Shown here in pieces: positions 9,799 through 18,191 of a DNA stretch of 64,000 nucleotides. The notes beneath the pieces are model-generated. The model had not been told where the DNA came from. It did not search any database and saw nothing but the letters and a program-made list of their open reading frames with translations. Numbering within the stretch: position 1 is the stretch's first letter; each line of letters begins with the position of its first letter. The translations under genes were made by a program, and so were the position numbers. The DNA is from Flavobacterium sp. (GTDB taxonomy: Bacteria; Bacteroidota; Bacteroidia; Flavobacteriales; Flavobacteriaceae): assembly GCA_043772535.1 (NCBI GenBank), contig JAYVGC010000063.1, positions 4,613 to 68,612 of the forward strand. Reading direction: 5' to 3'.

Positions 9799-10377
9799 TT
9801 GACTATCAGAACAGTTTATCAAACACTAGAAGATAGAGGAAATCCTGATTATGTTGAGCAAAATGGACCGTTTAAATGTGACCGTAATAATGCTTGGCTT
9901 GGGGATGGCTACTATTTTTGGGACTCTTTTATAGAGAATGCTCATTGGTGGGGTTCAGAAGGTGCGTCTTATAGAAACGGTTATATGATTTGTAAATCTA
10001 CCTATTTATTAGATGAAGAAAAATGCTTTAATTTAATAGATAACGCTTTACATTTTAAAATGTATAACGACACTAAACAATTAATGACAGATAAAGGTTT
10101 ATATAAAGAAAATAGTACAACGGTAGCAAGAATTATTGAACATACTAAAAACACATTAAAAATTTTTAAATACGAAGCTATTAGGGCTTACGGTGTAAAT
10201 AGTAAATCTTTCAACTCACCTTTTAGTAACAGAACTATTTTTGACAATAATCATAATACAAAATATTTAGATTCTTTGCCAGCAATTCAGATTTGTTTCT
10301 ATTCTGCTAAATGTCTACATTTAAACGGTGTTAAAGTAATACATCCACCAGAATACAATGACGAATATTTAGTGTAA
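9799..10377 (+). CDS. hypothetical protein (192 aa), candidate effector/toxin of the inserted cassette
   Basis: TTG start 6 nt after the SecB-like gene; ends 2 nt before hsdR. It has a W/Y-rich motif, 'NAWLGDGYYFWDSFIENAHWWG'. No family confidently recognised. Confidence 0.55.
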   Translation: MTIRTVYQTLEDRGNPDYVEQNGPFKCDRNNAWLGDGYYFWDSFIENAHWWGSEGASYRNGYMICKSTYLLDEEKCFNLIDNALHFKMYNDTKQLMTDKGLYKENSTTVARIIEHTKNTLKIFKYEAIRAYGVNSKSFNSPFSNRTIFDNNHNTKYLDSLPAIQICFYSAKCLHLNGVKVIHPPEYNDEYLV

Positions 10378-10379
10378 AA

Positions 10380-13235
10380 ATGGCAAAACAACCCGAACAA
10401 ATTTTAGAGGAACAATTAGTAGAACAATTGCAAAAGTTAGGCTACAGCAATGTGGTAATCAAAGACGAAAAAGATTTACTTTCCAATCTTAAAAAGCAAT
10501 TAGAAAAACACAATAACATTACTTTTTCAGATAAAGAATTTGAGAGAGTTTTAAATATTCTAAGCAAAGGTTCTGTATTTGAAAAAGCCAAAACACTCAG
10601 AGAAAAGCAACACATAGTTAGAGATAACGGTGATAATCTTTATTTTGAGTTTATTCAATCAGAACACTGGTGTCAAAACCAATTCCAAGTTACCAATCAG
10701 GTTACAATGGAAGGAAGTTACAAAAACCGATACGATGTAACCCTATTGATTAATGGTTTTCCATTGGTACAAATAGAACTAAAACGTAGAGGATTAGAAC
10801 TAAAAGAAGCATTCAATCAAACTAATCGTTATCAAAGACATTCATTTGGTGCAGGTGTAGCATTATTTCAATACATTCAAATATTTATAATTAGTAACGG
10901 GGTTAATACAAAATATTACGCTAACAATAAATACCAATCATTCAAACAAACCTATTACTGGACCGATAAAGAAAATAAACGTTTAACCAATATCCTTAAT
11001 GGTTTTACAAGTGATTTTCTCGAACCGTGTCATATCTCTAAAATGATATGTAAGTATGTGGTTATGAATGAAGCCAATAAGATATTAATGGTGCTTCGAC
11101 CATATCAATATTATGCTGTTGAAGCTTTAATTGACAAAGTAAAAAACAGCAATCACAACGGTTATATTTGGCACACAACAGGATCAGGCAAAACCCTAAC
11201 TTCGTTCAAAGCCAGCCAAATCATTATGCAAATGCCACAAGTTAAAAAAGTGGTTTTTGTTGTTGACAGAAAAGATTTAGATTACCAAACAACCAAAGAA
11301 TTTAATAGCTTTAGTAAAGGCAGTATTGACGGAACAGACAATACAAAGGCATTAGTAAAACAGTTTTCAGACGATACAAAATTAATAGTTACTACCATTC
11401 AAAAATTAAATACGGCAATAAGCAAAAGCCAGTATTTAAGTAAAATGGAAAAACTTAAAGACGAACATATTGTCTTTATTTTTGATGAGTGCCACCGTTC
11501 CCAATTTGGAGAAACACACAATCGAATTAAAGATTTTTTCAATAACTATCAAATGTTTGGCTTTACCGGAACACCAATTTTCGCTGATAATGCTGTTAAA
11601 AATGAATTAGGAAAAAGAACTACAAAAGAATTATTTGGCGAATGTTTGCATAAATATGTAATTACAGATGCTATTAAAGATGAAAATGTATTAAAGTTTT
11701 CCATTGAATACGTTGGAAGGTATAAGCAAAAAGAAAGTGCTACAGCAATAGATATTGAGGTAGAAGATATTGACACAAAGGAGTTAATGGAAGCTCCTAA
11801 GCGTTTAGAAAAAATAGCAGATTACATAATAGCACATCACAATCGAAAAACCTATAACAAGGAATTTACAGGAATGTTTTGTGTGAGTAGCGTTGATACT
11901 TTAATAAAGTATTACGACATATTACAACAAAAGAAATTAGCAGGTCAGCACAATTTAAAAGTAGCTACAATATTCAGTTATACAGCAAATGAAGACGATG
12001 CAGATGCAAACGGATTTATTCCTGAAGAATTATCAGTTGTTGGAGAACCAAAAGCATTATATGGTTTAAATGTGCATACTCGTGAAAAGTTAGATGAATT
12101 TATTGGTCATTATAATGCAATGTTTGAAACCAAGTTTTCTACCAAAGACAGCGAGAGTTTTTATAACTATTACAATGACATTTCCAAAAAAGTAAAAGAA
12201 CGTAAAGTTGATGTTTTGTTAGTTGTAAATATGTTTCTTACAGGATTTGACAGCAAACCATTAAATACATTATACGTTGATAAAAATCTAAAATATCACG
12301 GATTAATTCAAGCCTATTCCAGAACCAATCGTATTCTAAATGAGCAAAAGTCACAAGGAAATATAATTGTATTCAGAAACCTCAAGAAAGCAACAGACGA
12401 AGCAATAACCTTGTTTAGTAATAAAGAAGCTATTGAAGAAATTATAATGAAACCTTACGAGGATTATGTAAAAAAATTCAATGATGCTTTTATTGGGTTG
12501 CTAAAAGTAGTTCCAACGGTTAACAGTGTTAATAATCTCCAAAGCGAAGAAGACGAATTAGAATTTATAAAAGCATTTCGTGAGTTAATGCGTATCAAAA
12601 ACACAATGGCAACTTTTGCGGATTTTGTTTGGGAAGATTTAGCAATGAATGAGCAACTTTTTGAAGACTACAAAAGCAAATACCTTGATTTATACGATAA
12701 AGTAAAAGACGAACACCAAGCAGAAAAAGTATCAATTCTTGAAGATGTTGATTTTGAATTGGAGTTAATTCATCGTGATGAGGTTAATGTTACCTATATT
12801 TTGAAATTATTAGCAGGATTAAAAGACACTACAAAAGCAGATAAAGAAAGAAAACAAAAAGAGATTATTGATTTATTGACTGGAGAAGCTAATCTAAGAA
12901 GTAAACGAGAATTAATCGAAAAGTTCATTTTAGAAAACCTGCCGGTAATTGAAGATACCGATACAATCCCAGAAGAATTTGATAAGTATTGGAATGAAGA
13001 ACAACAAAAAGCATTCGACGAATTAGTAAAAGAAGAAAACCTATCAGCGGAGAAAACCCATAAATTAATAGAAAGTTATTTATTTGCAGAAAGAGAACCA
13101 TTGAGGAATGAGGTTTTAGATTTAATTGAAGGAGAAAAACCATCAGTACTACATCGCAAAAAATTAGGCGATAAAATCCTTAATAAAATAGTTGGTTTTG
13201 TGGAAACTTTTATTAATGGGGTAGCAGGGAGTTAA
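10380..13235 (+). CDS. hsdR: Type I restriction endonuclease subunit R (SF2 helicase/nuclease)
   Basis: N-terminal nuclease region with 'VTLLINGFPLVQIELKRRG', Walker A 'HTTGSGKTLT', DEAH box 'FIFDECHRSQ', and motif VI 'LIQAYSRTNR'. 951 aa. Confidence 0.93.
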   Translation: MAKQPEQILEEQLVEQLQKLGYSNVVIKDEKDLLSNLKKQLEKHNNITFSDKEFERVLNILSKGSVFEKAKTLREKQHIVRDNGDNLYFEFIQSEHWCQNQFQVTNQVTMEGSYKNRYDVTLLINGFPLVQIELKRRGLELKEAFNQTNRYQRHSFGAGVALFQYIQIFIISNGVNTKYYANNKYQSFKQTYYWTDKENKRLTNILNGFTSDFLEPCHISKMICKYVVMNEANKILMVLRPYQYYAVEALIDKVKNSNHNGYIWHTTGSGKTLTSFKASQIIMQMPQVKKVVFVVDRKDLDYQTTKEFNSFSKGSIDGTDNTKALVKQFSDDTKLIVTTIQKLNTAISKSQYLSKMEKLKDEHIVFIFDECHRSQFGETHNRIKDFFNNYQMFGFTGTPIFADNAVKNELGKRTTKELFGECLHKYVITDAIKDENVLKFSIEYVGRYKQKESATAIDIEVEDIDTKELMEAPKRLEKIADYIIAHHNRKTYNKEFTGMFCVSSVDTLIKYYDILQQKKLAGQHNLKVATIFSYTANEDDADANGFIPEELSVVGEPKALYGLNVHTREKLDEFIGHYNAMFETKFSTKDSESFYNYYNDISKKVKERKVDVLLVVNMFLTGFDSKPLNTLYVDKNLKYHGLIQAYSRTNRILNEQKSQGNIIVFRNLKKATDEAITLFSNKEAIEEIIMKPYEDYVKKFNDAFIGLLKVVPTVNSVNNLQSEEDELEFIKAFRELMRIKNTMATFADFVWEDLAMNEQLFEDYKSKYLDLYDKVKDEHQAEKVSILEDVDFELELIHRDEVNVTYILKLLAGLKDTTKADKERKQKEIIDLLTGEANLRSKRELIEKFILENLPVIEDTDTIPEEFDKYWNEEQQKAFDELVKEENLSAEKTHKLIESYLFAEREPLRNEVLDLIEGEKPSVLHRKKLGDKILNKIVGFVETFINGVAGS

Positions 13236-13265
13236 AAATAAATAATTGTATAATTTCAAAAAAAA

Positions 13266-13296
13266 CCGCCTCAGTTTTGAGACGGCTTCTTTTTTG
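13266..13296. terminator. bidirectional rho-independent terminator between convergent hsdR and the ImmA-fusion gene
   Basis: Hairpin 'ccgcctca gttt tgagacgg' (one mismatch), with an A-run before and 'cttctttttt' after. Confidence 0.6.
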
Positions 13297-13311
13297 TTTA
13301 TGAAAAGGTTT

Positions 13312-14373
13312 TTAATTTCTAATTATTTTAAATCTTGTGTCTTTTTTAAAATACATTTCCTGTAAATCTTCTTGATTTATATTTAATAATCCTGCAATTT
13401 CAGATTTTGAATATTCCAATTCATCTGAATATTTTTCTATAATTTCAGTTAAAAGGGTTGGTGTTTCTGATATTACTTCAAGTTCTTTTGGTTCTTTAGT
13501 TTTATAACCAAGCATTGACATTTGTTGCCATAAGTACCTATACTGATTATCGGTTATCATATTTAAAGCTTTACATCTATATAATAAAGACCCCATAGAA
13601 ACTCTCCAATATAACTTAAGATTTGCCAATGTTCTTAAATCAAAAGACACAATTGTACTTTTAAATTCTTTTTCCGGCACAAGTAATTCTGATGCAAATT
13701 TCATAGCTTCTTTTTCCACATCTCTTTCAATATCAATTATTCTTCCGAAGTGCATAATTAAATGCCCTAATTCGTGGGCAATAGTAAGTCTCTGTCTATC
13801 ACCAGGCATATTGCTATTGTAAAATATGAGTGGCTCATTGTTTGTTGTGTACATACTCAAACCATCAAATTTATCTGCTCCAAAATCAAATGGAATAACA
13901 ATAATTCCATTGTCCTCAATTAATTTTACTAAATCATCTATTCTACCTTTTGGTATTTTCCATTGTTGTCTCAATGTTATTGCAGCTTCCTCGGGAGTAC
14001 CATTTTTATCAACATCCCACTGAAATAGATTATCATCGGGCAATTCAACGCTACTTAACAATTTTTCAATATTCATTCTAACAATATTTATTTTTGCTTC
14101 CGCTTTTAAAAGAACTTTCTTTTTTACAGCAATTCTTCTACGGTAATAAATTAAATCTGGATTATAAATATTGTCTTGTTGATAAAAGAAACTTTCAGGA
14201 TAGTTTAAAACATTACAAAATTTTTCAATATTTTCTACTGATGCAGATTGTATTCCTTTTTCTATTTTAGATAGCGATCCTTGAGTTATACCAAGCAATT
14301 CACATAATTCCTTTTGCGTATAACCTCTTGCTTCTCTGGCCAATACTAACATTTTGGAATTTATTTCTTTCAT
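13312..14373 (-). CDS. XRE-family HTH fused to an ImmA/IrrE-type (COG2856, M78-like) zinc metallopeptidase
   Basis: N-terminal 'ARGYTQKELCELLGITQGSLSKIEKG' (HTH_3) and a central HEXXH 'TIAHELGHLIMH'. 353 aa. Confidence 0.85.
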   Translation of the reverse strand: MKEINSKMLVLAREARGYTQKELCELLGITQGSLSKIEKGIQSASVENIEKFCNVLNYPESFFYQQDNIYNPDLIYYRRRIAVKKKVLLKAEAKINIVRMNIEKLLSSVELPDDNLFQWDVDKNGTPEEAAITLRQQWKIPKGRIDDLVKLIEDNGIIVIPFDFGADKFDGLSMYTTNNEPLIFYNSNMPGDRQRLTIAHELGHLIMHFGRIIDIERDVEKEAMKFASELLVPEKEFKSTIVSFDLRTLANLKLYWRVSMGSLLYRCKALNMITDNQYRYLWQQMSMLGYKTKEPKELEVISETPTLLTEIIEKYSDELEYSKSEIAGLLNINQEDLQEMYFKKDTRFKIIRN

Positions 14374-14393
14374 TTTAAATATTATTTATTTTT

Positions 14394-15008
14394 TTAATGT
14401 TTATCTGTACCAGTTTCTTTTTTCTCGGTCACTTTAACTTTAACACGACTTGGCTGTTTTGGTTTAGTTTGTTCAGTACTTTCAAATGTAAACTGTGTTT
14501 GTTCTGCAAAAGAAGTTAAATTTTTAACCCAAATTACATTTCCACCATTTTTGCACATAATAAATATATCTTTGATACTTGTCCAAGTTGGATTTGGAAT
14601 GTAGCCAGCATACAAAAACGTTGCTTGTTTAGGTAGACCTTCAATCTCTACTTGTTTTTCAAAATTCCTTGTCTGTTTTGTCTTTACATTTGAAGTTGTA
14701 TAATCAGCATTAATTTTTTTAAAACGAATTAGAAACTTTTTATCGATATGCAAACCGAATATTTTATTAAATTCTTTCGTTTCGACATTCTCTATCTGTG
14801 AATACTGTTGTTTAACTCTATCTTTTATAAAATCGTGTACTAAATTTGCAATCGTCCTTTTTTCAAAGTTGATAGGTTTTTTGTTTCTGTTCCATTCATT
14901 AATGAAACCTTGACAATCTTCGAAACCATCATTTATACATTTTGCAATAACATCAAAATGTACATTTAAAATGCTTTCTGCTTCTTTTAGAGGTAATATA
15001 CTTTTCAT
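14394..15008 (-). CDS. hypothetical protein, upstream gene of the XRE/ImmA operon
   Basis: 204-aa ORF lying 20 nt upstream of the ImmA-fusion gene on the same strand, with a lysine-rich C-terminal tail. No motif recognised. Confidence 0.55.
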   Translation of the reverse strand: MKSILPLKEAESILNVHFDVIAKCINDGFEDCQGFINEWNRNKKPINFEKRTIANLVHDFIKDRVKQQYSQIENVETKEFNKIFGLHIDKKFLIRFKKINADYTTSNVKTKQTRNFEKQVEIEGLPKQATFLYAGYIPNPTWTSIKDIFIMCKNGGNVIWVKNLTSFAEQTQFTFESTEQTKPKQPSRVKVKVTEKKETGTDKH

Positions 15009-15229
15009 CTTAAATCATTTATTTAAACAAAGATATGAAACATTTTGCAAAAACACAAAAAAATATTCCTTAAAATATTCCCTTAAATTAATTAAAAATA
15101 TTCCTATATATGCAAATGTCTTGTTTTTAGTGTTTTAATTAAACTTATTTTTGTCGAGTTTAATATGTTTAAAAGAAAAATCATTTTCTCTTTCACTTCA
15201 CAAATTAGCTATAATTTAAGTTTTCAAAA

Positions 15230-16210
15230 TTCAAATAATTTCAAAAGAACATTTTCGTTACAAACAACACGGGCAATCAAGCGGTCTCTCTTCGGTCGTT
15301 CCCTTTGTTCCGTTCGGCTGTTCCAGTCGGTCAACCTTATATATTCATAAGAACATTTTCGGGAAATAGGTAATTTATTATTTCTATTCAATAGTTAGGT
15401 TTCCCTCCGTTTCACAGGCACTTCACAGCACTAAAAAAAACAGCAGCTTGAAAATAAGCAGCTATTTTTTTTGCGCTGTTTCGTTCCTCATCTTCACACG
15501 GTCTCTACCCTACGTTCGGTCGGGCTTATGCATCCACAATACCGCTTCATTTCGTTACACTCCGCAGGCTACGTTTCACTACATTCCAGCAGTATTATGT
15601 CTGCCGCCCTCAGTATTTTCAGCGGTTGCTCCTTCGCACAGCCATCGGGGTTGGCTCCGTTAGCACTTTGCCCTAAATCAAGGAACGCCAAAGGCTGACT
15701 TATATTTTTTCCCCGCCGTTACACGCTGCTATCCCTTCTCTCCACTTCGCAAAGGCTACGTTCCGTTCTCGGTCTAGCGTGGCTGTTCGATTGCCGCAAC
15801 ACCGCCACATCGCTCCTCACAAAAAATTCCGTAAAAACTCCATTTTTTGTTGCGGTGCTTGGGGGTGTTTGATTGCCGATTACAAATGAAGCATCCCAGA
15901 AAAAAGTCTACACAAGAAACATCCTGCTACTAAAAAAATAAATAAAAAGAAAGCAAAGGTAAGTTTCGGTTTCAAAAAGTAAAGTTCAAGCCCTACGGGT
16001 TTTTGAAAAAATCTCCACCCTTACATTTCCAATTCAACATTTGATTACACGATGACGATTTCATTTCATAAGAACAATTGGGTAGTATTTTTTCAAAAAA
16101 ACTTGACTCCTTTTGAAACCTCCACTGATACGACGACTTTCTTTTTTTTCTTTTTTTCTTTTAAAAATGATATGGTGCGGAGCGTAGCGACAGCATCATT
16201 TTAAATCCGA
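15230..16210. other. ORF-free, GC-elevated, pyrimidine-skewed segment with short internal repeats (structured RNA, REP-like cluster or decayed DNA)
   Basis: Only short overlapping ORFs. Exact repeats: 'aagaacattttcg' (15245, 15349), 'ttcataagaaca' (15344, 16065), 'aggctacgtt' (15566, 15753) and 'gttccgttc' (15307, 15760). There is also a polypyrimidine tract at 16138-16163. Confidence 0.5.
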
Positions 16211-16214
16211 AACT

Positions 16215-16637
16215 ATGCCAAATTTCATCGTCAAAACCCACAGAAAGAATGTTGTTTATACAGGAAATCAAATTTACATTCTCAACAAAGGATCGAATAG
16301 TGGAAAACCACAAAAAAAACCTTTTACAAATAGTTTTGTAATTATTTTTCAAAACGAAGATGATACCGAATCGGTTTATTGGTTAGCTTATAGCCTTTGG
16401 AAATCAAAGTTCTGGCATCAGTCACTTTGTGGTTCTGTAATTCCATTTTTACGTCTTACTGACTTCAAGAAAAATTTTAATCCAAAGCTTTCAGAAATGA
16501 TTTTGAATTTTGAGCTGCATCAAAAGCAAATAAACACGTTGAGATTATTAGAAGAAAAAGAGCAAAATTTTCAAAAGAACTTAATTTTAATAAATGAATT
16601 GAGAAGATCGATTTTACATAATTATTACAAATTCTAA
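16215..16637 (+). CDS. hypothetical protein (140 aa); weak resemblance to half of an HsdS-like specificity subunit
   Basis: ATG ORF with 'IYILNKGSNSGKP' and 'GSVIPFLRLTDFKK' followed by a helical tail. The resemblance to an HsdS TRD plus conserved helix is by eye only. Confidence 0.45.
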   Translation: MPNFIVKTHRKNVVYTGNQIYILNKGSNSGKPQKKPFTNSFVIIFQNEDDTESVYWLAYSLWKSKFWHQSLCGSVIPFLRLTDFKKNFNPKLSEMILNFELHQKQINTLRLLEEKEQNFQKNLILINELRRSILHNYYKF

Positions 16638-16728
16638 TTTTGCATATGATCAACCTTTATTCCGTACTTGTTTGCACTATATCTCACATATAAGTCCCCA
16701 TTATAGATAAATTGATGCAAAATAAAAA

Positions 16729-16752
16729 AAGCCCTCTCAAATGAAAGGGCTT
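16729..16752 (-). terminator. rho-independent terminator for the 267-aa minus-strand gene
   Basis: Hairpin 'aagccct ... agggctt'. On the minus strand it is followed by a T-run (complement of the A-run at 16723-16730). Confidence 0.55.
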
Positions 16753-16799
16753 AATTTGCAACATTGCAAACTTTGCAGTATTGCAAACTGATGGTTTTT

Positions 16800-17603
16800 T
16801 TAGAAAGTCTCTTGGATCTTTAAAGCATTACCAGCATTGAATAAGTAATAATTTGAACCTACCATTTGATAAAATTCTATTCCAATACTTCCCAAAACAG
16901 CTACATTAGTTGTTAGTGTTGGAGCACCCGGTAAAGTAGCAACAACATCAATTGACGAAGTTACGACATCAATTGGAGTATAACCAGAATAAGCAATGTT
17001 TGCCAATTCATTTAAAGCAGGTTCAGCAGGTTCGTAAGCACCAGTAGTAGGATTGTAAATAGTATCTGAAACAACAGATAAAGCATTGATGATTCTGAAA
17101 TGAGATGCTCCTGCAGGAATATTCAAATAATTAAGAGGATTAAAAGACGGAATACTAAAAGTACTTTCGTTTCTGTCAACCGTAGCAGATAATGTAAATG
17201 GAGCACTGAAAACACCATTAAACGAAATGTTACGATTAAAATCCAAACCTTTTAAATATTGTGGTTGTTGTGAAACCAAAACAGCTCTTTGCCCTCTCGC
17301 TTCTGAACCATCTTCAATATTGATTTTCTTCATAATGGCAGTCAGTCGACCTGTTAGTTGACTATCAGACATTTGTTTCATCAATGCCGATAAACCAATT
17401 CTTAATGATTTACCCGCATTTGCACAAGCTGCAAACTCACTCATATTTTCACGTGTACGAATAAAGCCAGGTGCCGTTTTTACTTGTTCCGCAGTTGGTC
17501 CGCCTTTCAGACCTGCAAAATAACCTTCGTTACCTTTAATTTTGAAGTGTCTCACTTCTCCTAAAGTTCCGACATATTTAATATGCCCTTTCTGTCTTGC
17601 CAT
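16800..17603 (-). CDS. conserved hypothetical protein (267 aa)
   Basis: Clean ORF whose composition differs from its AT-rich neighbours. The N-terminus 'MARQKGHIKYVGTLGEVRHFKIKG' resembles a family I recall as widespread but uncharacterised in Bacteroidota (memory only). Confidence 0.6.
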   Translation of the reverse strand: MARQKGHIKYVGTLGEVRHFKIKGNEGYFAGLKGGPTAEQVKTAPGFIRTRENMSEFAACANAGKSLRIGLSALMKQMSDSQLTGRLTAIMKKINIEDGSEARGQRAVLVSQQPQYLKGLDFNRNISFNGVFSAPFTLSATVDRNESTFSIPSFNPLNYLNIPAGASHFRIINALSVVSDTIYNPTTGAYEPAEPALNELANIAYSGYTPIDVVTSSIDVVATLPGAPTLTTNVAVLGSIGIEFYQMVGSNYYLFNAGNALKIQETF

Positions 17604-17682
17604 TTTTATGTGTTTTAAATTAAAAATATTTATTAAATTTACACAGTAAAATACTAATAATCAATTACTTAATAAATGCAAT

Positions 17683-18177
17683 TTGAAGCATTTGAACGCT
17701 AATGAGCTTATGACAAGAAATATTATTCTGAAAGTGAAGAAATTCGTAGATGGAGACGGACTTATTGCAGAGGATTATCTAACAAAAAGAGAGTTTGAAA
17801 TTCGATTATATGGTATTGATGCACCAGAAATGAATTATTGTAACAAAATTAAAAAGGATGAAAAAGAACTACATATTCCAGCAGCATTTTTAATTAAGCT
17901 TGGTTATATGTCATTTGAATTTTTAAAAAGTAATATTTTAATAGGTGATAAATGTACATTGATTCAAGAAAAAAATAATCTTCAAGACAAATATGGTAGA
18001 AGTCTTGGTTATCTTATTCTAAATGACGGCAGAGTTTTAAACGAAATTATGATAAAAGAGGGGTATGCAAAGCCGTATAACGATGTTTTTTGCGAAATGC
18101 TTCCAATGTATCAAGAATGGAATTTACAAGCTAAAATCGACTTAAAAGGATTGTATTCTATTGTAAATAAGTTTTGA
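17683..18177 (+). CDS. thermonuclease (staphylococcal nuclease, SNase-like) family protein
   Basis: Has 'IRLYGIDAPE', 'DKYGRSLGYLILNDGRVLNEIMIKEGYA'. The track start is TTG, so the real start may be the ATG 8 codons downstream. Confidence 0.75.
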   Translation: MKHLNANELMTRNIILKVKKFVDGDGLIAEDYLTKREFEIRLYGIDAPEMNYCNKIKKDEKELHIPAAFLIKLGYMSFEFLKSNILIGDKCTLIQEKNNLQDKYGRSLGYLILNDGRVLNEIMIKEGYAKPYNDVFCEMLPMYQEWNLQAKIDLKGLYSIVNKF

Positions 18178-18191
18178 AAGTATATATAATG

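Noticed and set aside
15165-15698. Three short + strand ORFs (15165-15350, 15448-15663, 15471-15698) in the ORF-free segment.
   Set aside because: Two of them overlap each other in different frames. Their translations are S/L/F/C/R-rich with no motif, which fits pyrimidine-rich non-coding DNA. I treated them as part of the unexplained non-coding segment.
15230-16210. Retron msr/msd, group II intron, or transposon-guide RNA (bridge/omega RNA) as an explanation for the non-coding segment.
   Set aside because: No reverse transcriptase, IS110/IS200-605-type transposase or TnpB-like ORF is adjacent. I could not see a group II domain V-like hairpin. This remains untested by covariance models.
16161-16352. 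A minus-strand 63-aa ORF overlapping the start of the 16215-16637 gene.
   Set aside because: It overlaps the longer + strand ORF and the hairpin/polypyrimidine region, and there is no support beyond being open.
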